A stretch of DNA of 64,000 nucleotides, taken from the NCBI GenBank assembly GCA_009379955.1, contig WHST01000001.1:25700-89699 (forward strand), written 5' to 3'. The DNA is from Streptosporangiales bacterium. Its GTDB lineage: Bacteria; Actinomycetota; Actinomycetes; Streptosporangiales; WHST01. The notes under the pieces were generated by a model. The model saw nothing but the letters and a program-made list of their open reading frames with translations, had not been told where the DNA came from and ran no database searches. A program made the position numbers and the translations under genes. Positions 38,918-47,421 of the stretch are shown piece by piece. How positions within the stretch are numbered: the stretch's first letter is position 1; every line of letters starts with the position of its first letter.

Positions 38918-40342
38918 TTACGAGGCGGCGGAGCCCATGCCCTCGTAGTCGATGTCGAGCATCGTGCAGATCGACTTCAGCTCCTCGACGTACTCACCGG
39001 GCACCGCGTGGATGTGGTTGGCGCCGAACCGCGACAGGAAGTCGGCGGCGGGGGCGTCGAGCCGGGTGAACGCGTGCGGCCACTCGAACGTCGACTGGCG
39101 CGCCAACCGGTCGTTGGTCGCCGCGTCGTAGCTCTCGAAGGAACCCCGCATGACCTGCATGCGGTACCGGTGGTTCTTGCGGGTGAGCCGTGCGAACGTG
39201 CAGTCGCCGGGTGCGGCGACGTGGTTGACGGACGCGCCGCCCGCGGGGAAGAAGAACACCTCGGGGTAGAAGTTGACCTTCGCGAGGTTCTCGGCCGGGT
39301 CGTCGCTGCGCGCGGCGTACCAGGTGGCGTGCTGGCCGGAGTTGCAGAGGTCCCAGACGTCGCGGTCGGGGTGGTAGTGGCGCACGTCGGCGAACAGCAC
39401 GGGCGTGCCGCCGGTGACCAGCTTGAGCATCTGCATCGTGAGGGCGCCGTCCATGTCGGCCTCGGTCGAGCAGACGTGGGTCTCCTTCGGACCCTCCCAG
39501 TCGTACGGGTCGTTGAGGAACGCCTCGGCGACGTCCATCGTGCAGAAATGCGTCGTGAGCTCGGGCTGGCCCTTGATGCCGGAGAAGTCGAGGTTCCACT
39601 CGTCGATGAGCTCGCGCATGGCGTAGTAGGTGCGGATCTGCCGTTCGAAGAGCGCGGGCGTGAGCTGCTTGCCGTCGTAGTGCACGCCGGCGGCGTGCTT
39701 CTCCAGCCACTGCACGGCGCTCTTGACCCGGGTCGCGTCGGCGTTGTCGGAGCGCCGGACGATCTCCCACTGGTCGATCTCCTCGACGTCGACGCCGAAC
39801 GTCGAGATCCACTGGTCGGCGTTCGCGACGGCCGTGTACATGCCCATCGGCCGGCCGCCGATCCGGCCGAACGTCGACCCGCGCAGGCCGGAGACGGCCG
39901 TGGCCGCGCGCACCTGCACGAGCACCCGGTCGAGCACCTCGGTGTCGGCGATGTCGCCCCAGGCGCGGGTGTGCACCCGGCCGATCTGGTCGAGCGCGCC
40001 GCCGCCGGCGAGCATCCCGACCATGCCCGGCTGCACCGGGTCGATGCTGCCGAGCAGCATCAGCGGCCCCGCGGTCTGGGCGGCGGCGAGCATCGTGAAG
40101 TGCGGGAACGCCCAGACCGGGTAGTGGAAGATCGTGAGGTCGGGCCTGGCGTCGGCGACGCGGCGGGCCTCCGAGGTGGCGAGCTCGTTGGTCCAGACCG
40201 GGCCGCTGGCCCTGACGACCTCGTGGCCGGCGCCCTCCAGCGCCGTCGCCACCGCCCGCTCGGCGTCGTCGCAGAAGCCGGTCAGGTCGCCCGCGACGAA
40301 GTCGCGGCCGTCCGACATGGTGAGAAGCCCGATTCGTGCCAC
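38918..40342 (-). CDS. L-fucose/L-arabinose isomerase family protein (FucI-like aldose-ketose isomerase)
   Basis: N-terminus ARIGLLTMSDGRDFV and a C-terminal fucose-isomerase-like region. GTG 40342 is preceded by GGAAGGGG; the ORF-track start at 40426 is probably too far upstream. Confidence 0.7.
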   Translation of the reverse strand: MARIGLLTMSDGRDFVAGDLTGFCDDAERAVATALEGAGHEVVRASGPVWTNELATSEARRVADARPDLTIFHYPVWAFPHFTMLAAAQTAGPLMLLGSIDPVQPGMVGMLAGGGALDQIGRVHTRAWGDIADTEVLDRVLVQVRAATAVSGLRGSTFGRIGGRPMGMYTAVANADQWISTFGVDVEEIDQWEIVRRSDNADATRVKSAVQWLEKHAAGVHYDGKQLTPALFERQIRTYYAMRELIDEWNLDFSGIKGQPELTTHFCTMDVAEAFLNDPYDWEGPKETHVCSTEADMDGALTMQMLKLVTGGTPVLFADVRHYHPDRDVWDLCNSGQHATWYAARSDDPAENLAKVNFYPEVFFFPAGGASVNHVAAPGDCTFARLTRKNHRYRMQVMRGSFESYDAATNDRLARQSTFEWPHAFTRLDAPAADFLSRFGANHIHAVPGEYVEELKSICTMLDIDYEGMGSAAS

Positions 40343-40388
40343 GCTCAGCCCCTTCCGCCCGGTCGCGTCGACGTGCGACCGTACGCCT

Positions 40389-40404
40389 GGTAAATCGATT
40401 TCTG
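40389..40404. promoter_or_regulatory. Candidate LacI-family operator (palindrome core AAATCGATTT)
   Basis: GGTAAATCGATTTCTG. The 10-bp core at 40392-40401 is a perfect palindrome with a central CG, like GalR/LacI operators. It lies about 50 nt upstream of the isomerase start, in the divergent region shared with lacI. Confidence 0.55.
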
Positions 40405-40564
40405 GTTGGCGACTGTAAGAGGGCACAGTGGGGGTGTCAACCGACTACGGATCGGGCGCGGTCACGGAGAGGAATCGTTCTCCCGGCACGTCCGGCGGTA
40501 GTCTGCCGACCTGCGGGGCAGTCGGCGCCCGGCTCGTGTGTCCGCGTGACGACAGGAAGGTGCG

Positions 40565-41554
40565 ATGGCCACGACGATACGAGACGTCGCCGCCGCGGCG
40601 GGTGTGTCGCCGGCGACCGTCTCGCGGGTGCTCAACCAGCGCGTGGAGGTCGCGGCGGACCTCCGTGACCGCGTCCTCGCGGCCGTCGCCGAAATGGGTT
40701 ACCGGCCCAACGGGCCCGCGCGGAGCCTGCGCAAGCGGGCGACGATGGTGCTGGGGATCATCATCACCGACGTGCAGAACCCGTTCTTCACGTCCATGGT
40801 CCGCGGCATCGAGGACGCTGCCCAGGCCGCCGGCTACTCCGTCGTCCTGGCGAACTCCGACGAGGACCAGGAGAAGGAGCAGCGCTACCTCGAGGTGGCC
40901 GCCGCCGAGCAGATGGCCGGGGTCGTCCTCGCCCCCGCCCGGCAGAGCAGCCGCGGCCTCGACGTCGTCGTCGGGCAGGGCATCCCCGTGGTCACCGTCG
41001 ACCGGCGGCTGCGCGGGGCGAACGTCGACAGCGTGTCGGTCAACAACCACAAGGCGGCGCACGACGCGACCTGGCACCTCGTGGCCCGCGGCAGGAAGCG
41101 CATCGCGATCATCGCGGGCCTGCTGAACACGACGACCGGGGCGCGGCGCCTCGCCGGCTACAAGGCCGCGCTCAAGCAGGCCGGCATCCCGCTCGACGAG
41201 CGGCTCGTCGTCGAGGCCGACTTCCGGCTCGAGGGCGGCTACGAGGCGACCAAGGACCTGCTGCGCCGGGCCCGCCCCGACGCCGTGTTCGCGTCCAACA
41301 ACCTGATGACGATCGGTGCCCTGCAGGCCCTGTCCGAGGAGGGCGTCGACATCCCGAGCGACATCGCGGTCGTCGGGTTCGACGACATCAGCTGGGCGAC
41401 GGCCCTGCGCCCGCCGCTGACGGCCGTCAGGCAGCCCACGTACGAGATCGGCAGGCGGTCCGCCGAGCTGCTGCTCGACCGGGTGAAGGGCGACACCGAG
41501 GAGCCGCGCCACATCGTCCTGCCGGCCGAGCTGATCGTCCGCGGCAGCACCTGA
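40565..41554 (+). CDS. LacI-family transcriptional regulator
   Basis: N-terminus [24 protein letters not shown] plus a PBP type I effector domain. Confidence 0.92.
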   Translation: MATTIRDVAAAAGVSPATVSRVLNQRVEVAADLRDRVLAAVAEMGYRPNGPARSLRKRATMVLGIIITDVQNPFFTSMVRGIEDAAQAAGYSVVLANSDEDQEKEQRYLEVAAAEQMAGVVLAPARQSSRGLDVVVGQGIPVVTVDRRLRGANVDSVSVNNHKAAHDATWHLVARGRKRIAIIAGLLNTTTGARRLAGYKAALKQAGIPLDERLVVEADFRLEGGYEATKDLLRRARPDAVFASNNLMTIGALQALSEEGVDIPSDIAVVGFDDISWATALRPPLTAVRQPTYEIGRRSAELLLDRVKGDTEEPRHIVLPAELIVRGST

Positions 41555-41571
41555 CACGTAGGGTTCGGGGT

Positions 41572-42162
41572 GTGCTGCGTGTGGGTCTCACCGGGGGTAT
41601 CGGGTCCGGCAAGAGCGAGGTGACCGCGCGGCTCGCCGCGCGGGGCGCCGTGGTGGTCGACGCCGACGTCCTGGCGCGCGAGGTGGTGGCGGTCGGTACC
41701 GACGGGTTGGCCGAGGTGGTCGAGGCGTTCGGCGCCGACGTGCTCGCCGGTGACGGGTCGCTCGACCGGCCGCGGCTGGGCAGGCTGGTCTTCGGCGACC
41801 CGGACGCCAGGCGGCGGCTCGAGGGCATCGTGCACCCGCGGGTCCGCGCCCGCCGGGCCGAGATCGTGGCGGCGGCTCCCGCCGACGCGGTGGTCGTCGA
41901 GGACGTGCCGCTGCTGGTGGAGGGCGGCCTGCACCGTGACTACGACCTCGTGGTCGTGGTCGACGCGCCCGACGACGTCCGGCTCGACCGGCTCGTCCGG
42001 CTGCGCGGCATGACCGAGGAAGACGCGCGGGCGCGGATCGAGGCGCAGGCGTCGCGTGACGAGCGGCTCGCCGTCGCCGACGTCGTCGTCGACAACGGCG
42101 GCGACCTGGCCGACCTCGACCCGCAGGTCGACGCCCTCTGGGCCCGCCTGACGCGGGAGTGA
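41572..42162 (+). CDS. coaE: Dephospho-CoA kinase
   Basis: 196 aa with the P-loop [14 protein letters not shown] and conserved synteny upstream of uvrB. Confidence 0.9.
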   Translation: MLRVGLTGGIGSGKSEVTARLAARGAVVVDADVLAREVVAVGTDGLAEVVEAFGADVLAGDGSLDRPRLGRLVFGDPDARRRLEGIVHPRVRARRAEIVAAAPADAVVVEDVPLLVEGGLHRDYDLVVVVDAPDDVRLDRLVRLRGMTEEDARARIEAQASRDERLAVADVVVDNGGDLADLDPQVDALWARLTRE

Positions 42163-42165
42163 GGC

Positions 42166-42990
42166 TCAGGCCCGCCGCGGGACCTCGCGGGGTGGCTCTC
42201 CGGTGTACGTCGGGAGCAGGTCGCGCGGGATCGGGCCCTTGTTGCGCATGCCCGAGCCGGACTCCTCCCATGCGTGCGCCAGCGCACCCACGCTGCGGGA
42301 CAGCACGAACAGCCCGCGCCCGAGCTCGGGGGAGAAGCCGAGCTCGGCGTAGATGATCGCGGTGGCGCCGTCGACGTTCATCGGCACCGGACGCGTCCTG
42401 CCCTCAGCGAGCCGCCGCTCGATCTCGCGCCCGATCCGCAGGTGGACGCCCGCGACCTCGCCGGCCGCGACGGCGTCGTCGACTGCCGCGAGCAGCGGAT
42501 CGCGGCGCGGGTCGTGGGCATGGAAGCGGTGGCCGAACCCGGGTACGTACGCCTTGCGCCCGCGGTAGTCGGAGACCAGCTCCTCGACCGCACGCGAGAC
42601 GGCGTCCTCGTCGCCGGCTGCGTCGCCGGTCTCGTCCGCGAGCCGGTAGAGCACCTCCATCAGCTCCTGCCCGGCGCCGCCGTGGACGTCGCCGAGCACG
42701 TTGACGGCCGACGCGACGGCGTTGTTGATGCCGACGCCGCAGGTCATCGCGCTCCTGGCGATCGCGATGGACGGTGCCTGCGGCCCGTGGTCGACACCGG
42801 AGACCAGCGCCCGTTCGAGGAGAGCCGACTGCGGCCGGGTGGGGAGCTCGCCCCTGAGGAGCAGCCAGATCATGTCGGGGAACGACGCCGAACCGATGAG
42901 GTCCTCGATCGCGTACCCGCGGAACCGGATCACGCCGGGGGAGATGTCGCTGATGGACGTGCTCCACCAGTCGGCCGACGGATCGCCCAT
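42166..42990 (-). CDS. Short citrate-synthase-family protein (citryl-CoA lyase-like)
   Basis: 274 aa with IRFRGYAIEDLIG, MIWLLLRGELP, VDHGPQAPS and GDVHGGAG. These are citrate synthase small-form motifs. Confidence 0.7.
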   Translation of the reverse strand: MGDPSADWWSTSISDISPGVIRFRGYAIEDLIGSASFPDMIWLLLRGELPTRPQSALLERALVSGVDHGPQAPSIAIARSAMTCGVGINNAVASAVNVLGDVHGGAGQELMEVLYRLADETGDAAGDEDAVSRAVEELVSDYRGRKAYVPGFGHRFHAHDPRRDPLLAAVDDAVAAGEVAGVHLRIGREIERRLAEGRTRPVPMNVDGATAIIYAELGFSPELGRGLFVLSRSVGALAHAWEESGSGMRNKGPIPRDLLPTYTGEPPREVPRRA

Positions 42991-43116
42991 AGCCGCACCT
43001 CTCGCCCGGTCGTCGGAACGTGAGCAGGCTATAGCCCTTGGCCGTAGTGTTCACATCGTGAGTCGGGGGTTCCCTCGTGCAGCCGCCGATGGGAACACCC
43101 GACTCGCGATGTGCAC

Positions 43117-43211
43117 ACCCGTGGGGGGCACCCTCACCTCGCCCCGGCACGGTCAGGGTGCCGTTCACGTGTCGCGGGGCACGGTGAGGGTGCCGTTCAC
43201 GTGTCGCGGGC
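43117..43211. repeat. Intergenic hairpin repeat, copy A, with a 32-nt tandem duplication of its right arm
   Basis: ACCCGTGGGGGGCACCCTCACC-N12-GGTCAGGGTGCCGTTCACGTG. The unit CACGGT(C/G)AGGGTGCCGTTCACGTGTCGCGGG(G/C) occurs at 43148-43179 and again at 43180-43211. A second copy of the element lies at 49919-49973. Confidence 0.8.
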
Positions 43212-43258
43212 CCGAGGTGACGACCGATGAGCACCGGCGGACGGCGCGGGGCGGCGGG

Positions 43259-43280
43259 TGTCGGTGGGGCGACGTACCGT
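43259..43280 (+). promoter_or_regulatory. RecA-NDp / PafBC-type DNA-damage promoter motif upstream of uvrB
   Basis: TGTCGGTG-N8-TACCGT matches the published actinobacterial motif tTGTCRgtg-N8-TAnnnT. It sits 44 nt upstream of the uvrB GTG. Confidence 0.55.
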
Positions 43281-43323
43281 GGAGTCGTCCTGCCCCAGTC
43301 AGGCGTGAGCGAGGGGAGTCGCC

Positions 43324-45438
43324 GTGCGTCCGGTCAGTCACCTGACCCGCAAGGTCGCGCCGTTCGAGGTCGTCAGCGAGATGGCGCCGGCCGGCGACCA
43401 GCCCGCCGCCATCGGCGAGCTGCAGAAGCGCCTCGAGGCCGGTGAGAAGGACACCGTGCTGCTCGGTGCCACCGGCACCGGCAAGACGGCGAGCATCGCG
43501 TGGCTCGTCGAGCGGCTCCAGCGGCCGACCCTGGTCATGCAGCCGAACAAGACCCTCGCCGCGCAGTTCGCCAACGAGCTGCGCGAGATGCTGCCCAACA
43601 ACGCCGTCGAGTACTTCGTCTCGTACTACGACTACTACCAGCCCGAGGCGTACATCCCGCAGTCCGACACCTACATCGAGAAGGACTCCTCGATCAACGA
43701 GGAGGTCGAGAAGCTCAGGCACCGCGCGACCGCCTCGCTGCTCACCCGCCGCGACGTCATCGTCGTCTCCACCGTGTCGTGCATCTACGGCCTGGGCACG
43801 CCGCAGGAGTACGTCGACCGGATGATCTGGCTCAAGGCCGGTGGCGAGTACGACCGCGACGGCCTGCTGCGCCGGCTCGTCCAGATCCAGTACACGCGCA
43901 ACGACGTCGCGTTCACCCGCGGCACCTTCCGGGTGCGCGGCGACACCATCGAGGTGTTCCCGGTCTACGAGGAGCACATCGTGCGGATCGAGATGTTCGG
44001 CGACGAGGTCGAGCGGCTCACCACGCTCCACCCGGTCACCGGTGAGGTCATCGCCGAGGAGGACGAGATGTACGTCTTCCCCGCCACCCACTACGTCGCC
44101 GGCCCGGAACGCATGGAGCGGGCGACCCACGGGATCGAGCTGGAGCTCGCCGACCGCCTCGCCGAGCTGGAGAAGCAGGGCAAGCTGCTCGAGGCACAGC
44201 GGCTGCGCATGCGCACCACGTACGACCTCGAGATGATGCGGCAGATCGGCAGCTGTTCCGGCATCGAGAACTACTCGCGGCACATCGACGGCCGCGAGCC
44301 CGGCAGCTCCCCGAACTGCCTGCTCGACTTCTTCCCCGAGGACTTCCTCCTCGTCCTCGACGAGTCGCACGTGAGCGTCCCGCAGATCGGGGGCATGTAC
44401 GAGGGCGACATGTCGCGCAAGCGCACCCTCGTCGACCACGGGTTCCGGCTGCCCAGCGCCGTCGACAACAGGCCGCTGCGGTGGGAGGAGTTCCTCGAGC
44501 GCATCGGTCAGACGATCTACCTGTCCGCGACGCCCGGGCCCTACGAGCTCGGCCTGACCGGGGGTGACGTGGTCGAGCAGGTGATCAGGCCGACCGGCCT
44601 GGTCGACCCGCAGCTCGAGGTCAGGACCACGAAGGGGCAGATCGACGACCTGATCGACGAGATCAAGACCCGCGCCGACCGCAACGAGCGGGTGCTCGTC
44701 ACCACCCTGACCAAGAAGATGGCCGAGGACCTCACCGACTATCTCCTCGAGATGGGCATCCGGGTGCGCTACCTGCACAGCGAGGTCGACACGCTGCGCC
44801 GGGTGCAGCTGCTGCGCGAGCTGCGGGTCGGCGAGTTCGACGTCCTCGTCGGCATCAACCTGCTGCGCGAGGGTCTCGACCTGCCCGAGGTCTCCCTCGT
44901 GGCGATCCTCGACGCCGACAAGGAGGGCTTCCTGCGCAGCGGCACCTCCCTGATCCAGACGATCGGCCGCGCCGCGCGCAACGTCTCCGGTCAGGTGGTC
45001 ATGTACGCCGACCGGGTCACCGACTCCATGCAGCACGCCATCGACGAGACCGACCGGCGGCGCGCCAAGCAGGTCGCGTACAACACCGAGCGGGGCATCG
45101 ACCCGCAGCCGCTGCGCAAGAAGATCGCCGACATCCTCGACACGATCGCGCGCGAGGACGCCGACACCGAGCAGCTCGTCGGCGGCTCCGGGCGGCAGCA
45201 GAGCCGCGGCAAGGCGCCGGTGCCCGGCCTCGCGTCGCGGATCGGCGGGCCCGGCCAGCACGCTGCCGAGCTCGCCGGCATGCCATCGGCCGAGGTCGAG
45301 GCGCTCGTCAAGCAGCTCACCGAGCAGATGCACACGGCCGCCGCGGAGCTGCAGTTCGAGCTCGCCGCGCGGTTGCGCGACGAGATCGGCGAGCTCAAGC
45401 GGGAGCTGCGCGGCATGCGAGCGGCCGGCGTGCGGTGA
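43324..45438 (+). CDS. uvrB: Excinuclease ABC subunit B
   Basis: 704 aa with [22 protein letters not shown], helicase motifs and a C-terminal UVR domain ([14 protein letters not shown]). Confidence 0.97.
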   Translation: MRPVSHLTRKVAPFEVVSEMAPAGDQPAAIGELQKRLEAGEKDTVLLGATGTGKTASIAWLVERLQRPTLVMQPNKTLAAQFANELREMLPNNAVEYFVSYYDYYQPEAYIPQSDTYIEKDSSINEEVEKLRHRATASLLTRRDVIVVSTVSCIYGLGTPQEYVDRMIWLKAGGEYDRDGLLRRLVQIQYTRNDVAFTRGTFRVRGDTIEVFPVYEEHIVRIEMFGDEVERLTTLHPVTGEVIAEEDEMYVFPATHYVAGPERMERATHGIELELADRLAELEKQGKLLEAQRLRMRTTYDLEMMRQIGSCSGIENYSRHIDGREPGSSPNCLLDFFPEDFLLVLDESHVSVPQIGGMYEGDMSRKRTLVDHGFRLPSAVDNRPLRWEEFLERIGQTIYLSATPGPYELGLTGGDVVEQVIRPTGLVDPQLEVRTTKGQIDDLIDEIKTRADRNERVLVTTLTKKMAEDLTDYLLEMGIRVRYLHSEVDTLRRVQLLRELRVGEFDVLVGINLLREGLDLPEVSLVAILDADKEGFLRSGTSLIQTIGRAARNVSGQVVMYADRVTDSMQHAIDETDRRRAKQVAYNTERGIDPQPLRKKIADILDTIAREDADTEQLVGGSGRQQSRGKAPVPGLASRIGGPGQHAAELAGMPSAEVEALVKQLTEQMHTAAAELQFELAARLRDEIGELKRELRGMRAAGVR

Positions 45439-45520
45439 CGCGCTGCCCCCGGATGTGCACGGTGTGACGTCTCGCACCCGGTGCGTGGTCGCCCGTATTG
45501 GTCGGTTAGTCTGAGCGCGT

Positions 45521-45620
45521 CAGTGGAGGGGAGTATCCCCTGCGACGGTGCCGTCATCACGGTGTTCGCACCCGGTGCCGTCGGCTCGTGCTCGGCACGA
45601 GCGGGAGAGACCTCCGGCAA
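45521..45620 (+). promoter_or_regulatory. yybP-ykoY (Mn2+) riboswitch-like leader of terC
   Basis: 5' GGAGGGGAGUA (45525-45535) and 3' GGGAGAGACCUCC (45603-45615) reproduce the conserved GGGGAGUA / GAGACC cores and P1 pairing (GGAGG/CCUCC) of the class. There is an internal hairpin CUCGUGC-UCG-GCACGAG. A TAGTCT -10 box lies at 45507-45512. The family typically precedes TerC or MntP genes. Confidence 0.7.
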
Positions 45621-45652
45621 CACGCAGAACCCGTGCTCGCCGGAGGGCATCC

Positions 45653-46654
45653 TTGGACGTTCATCTGTATGCGTGGCTCGCCACAGTCGCCGGTCTCGTG
45701 GTCGTGCTCGTCGGCGGACTGATCCTGGATCATCGGAACCCCCACGAGGTCACGATGAAGGAGGCCACGCGCGGGATCATCGTCTACGTGTCGCTCGCGG
45801 TGCTGTTCGGCATCGGCGTCTGGATTGTCGCCGGCGGCAGGTACGCCGGCGAGTTCTTCACCGGCTACATCGTCGAGTACAGCCTGAGCATCGACAACCT
45901 CTTCGTCTTCGTCGTGATCATGACGAGGTTCGCGGTGCCGAGGCGCGCGCAGCACGAGGTGCTGCTCGTCGGCATCGTCCTCGCGCTCGTGCTGCGCGGC
46001 CTCTTCATCGCCGTCGGCGCGACCGCGATCGCGCACTTCTCCTGGATCTTCTACGTCTTCGGCGCGTTCCTGATCTTCACCGCCATCCAGATGGCACGGC
46101 ACCGGGGCGAGGACCAGAACGACGTCAAGGACAACATCCTGCTCCGCATCGTGCAGAGGCGGCTGCCGGCGACCACGCAGTACGACGGCCTCAAGCTCGT
46201 CACCGTCATCGACGGCAAGCGCCTCTTCACCCCGATGGTGATCGTCATGGTGGCGATCGGCAGCACCGACCTGCTCTTCGCGGTCGACTCGATCCCCGCG
46301 ATCTTCGGCATCACCAAGGAGGCGTACCTCGTCTTCACGGCGAACATGTTCGCCCTGATGGGCCTGCGGCAGCTGTACTTCCTCATCGGCGGCCTGCTCG
46401 ACCGCCTCATCTACCTCACGCTCGGCCTGTCGGTCATCCTCGGTTTCATCGGCGTCAAGCTGCTGCTCGAGGCGCTCCACGGCAGCGGCCTGCACGTGCC
46501 GCTGGTCCCGACGTGGATGTCGCTCGTGGTCATCCTGGTAGTGCTCGCGATCACGACCGCGGCGAGCCTGCTGAAGAAGTCCGATCCCGCCCAAGAGGAG
46601 CAGCCCGCGGACGCGGAACAGTCCACCGAGGCCGAGAAGCCGGTCGAGGGCTGA
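45653..46654 (+). CDS. TerC-family integral membrane protein (putative Mn2+/metal exporter)
   Basis: 333 aa from TTG 45653 (GGAGGG 6 nt upstream). Motifs EYSLSIDNLFVF and LLFAVDSIPAIFGIT. The ORF-track start at 45548 lies inside the riboswitch. Confidence 0.85.
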   Translation: MDVHLYAWLATVAGLVVVLVGGLILDHRNPHEVTMKEATRGIIVYVSLAVLFGIGVWIVAGGRYAGEFFTGYIVEYSLSIDNLFVFVVIMTRFAVPRRAQHEVLLVGIVLALVLRGLFIAVGATAIAHFSWIFYVFGAFLIFTAIQMARHRGEDQNDVKDNILLRIVQRRLPATTQYDGLKLVTVIDGKRLFTPMVIVMVAIGSTDLLFAVDSIPAIFGITKEAYLVFTANMFALMGLRQLYFLIGGLLDRLIYLTLGLSVILGFIGVKLLLEALHGSGLHVPLVPTWMSLVVILVVLAITTAASLLKKSDPAQEEQPADAEQSTEAEKPVEG

Positions 46655-46712
46655 CGCGCCGACAGGCCCCGGCCTCCTCCGACGTGTCGGGGCACACGGC
46701 TAGAGTCGGCCC

Positions 46713-47264
46713 ATGCGTGGAGCCAAGGACAAGAAGGCGTCGTCGTTCATCGACCTTCTGCACGAGCAGGTGAAGCACGAGTTCGGCGCGCACCAGCAGT
46801 ACCTCGCCGTGGCCGTGTGGTTCGACGACCAGGATCTGCCCAGGATGGCCGCCCACTTCTACCGGCAGGCGCTCGAGGAGCGCAACCACGCGATGATGAT
46901 CGTGCAGTACTTCCTCGACCAGGGGATCCGGGTGGGCATCCCGGGGGTCGACGAGGTACGCACCGACTTCGCCAACGCGCGGGAGCCCGTCGAGCTGGCG
47001 CTCGACCAGGAGAAGCAGGTCACCGCCCAGTTCATCGCGCTGGCCAAGGCCGCGCGCGACGAGGGCGACTACGTCGGTGAACAGTTCCTCCAGTGGTTCC
47101 TCAAGGAGCAGGTGGAGGAGGTGGCCCAGATGGACACGCTGCTGAACATCGTCGACCGGGCCGGTGACAACCTCTTCCACGTCGAGGACTACCTCGTCAG
47201 GGAGCAGGTCGGCGACGACGGGGGCAACCAGGCGCAGCCAACCGCCGCCGGCGGGGCGCTCTGA
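46713..47264 (+). CDS. Ferritin (non-haem, BfrB/Ftn type)
   Basis: 183 aa four-helix-bundle protein with ferroxidase residues in the HEFGAHQQYLAVAVWF and ALEERNHAMM contexts. Confidence 0.88.
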   Translation: MRGAKDKKASSFIDLLHEQVKHEFGAHQQYLAVAVWFDDQDLPRMAAHFYRQALEERNHAMMIVQYFLDQGIRVGIPGVDEVRTDFANAREPVELALDQEKQVTAQFIALAKAARDEGDYVGEQFLQWFLKEQVEEVAQMDTLLNIVDRAGDNLFHVEDYLVREQVGDDGGNQAQPTAAGGAL

Positions 47265-47421
47265 CCGGGGGTCGAGCGCCGGTCAGGTCGTCAGGTCGAG
47301 CGTGCAGCCGACGTGCCCGGCGGCTGCGCGGGCATGGGTACCTCACGTCGCGGGCGTAGGCTCGGCAAGTACGGTATCGGGGTGCGACGACGTGACGGTG
47401 AGCGACGGCCGGCGACGGTAG

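Noticed and set aside
43150-43200. Recurrent peptide NGTLTVPG.G.GAPHG in three ORF-track entries (42404-43234, 43165-45477, 49506-49970) as a possible small conserved protein
   Set aside because: It is simply the translation of the hairpin repeat on the minus strand. The ORFs have no start/RBS context and overlap real genes. The conservation is at the DNA/RNA level.
42991-43323. LexA/SOS box upstream of uvrB
   Set aside because: I found no TCGAAC-N4-GTTCGA-like dyad. The nearest candidates (GTGTTCACATCGTGAG, GAACACCCGACTCG) do not form the required inverted repeat.
46655-46712. IdeR/iron box or an intrinsic terminator between terC and the ferritin gene
   Set aside because: Only a fragment (GGCTA) resembles the IdeR consensus TTAGGTTAGGCTAACCTAA. 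The CCGACA...TGTCGG pairing has a 20-nt loop and no U-tract, which is too weak to call.
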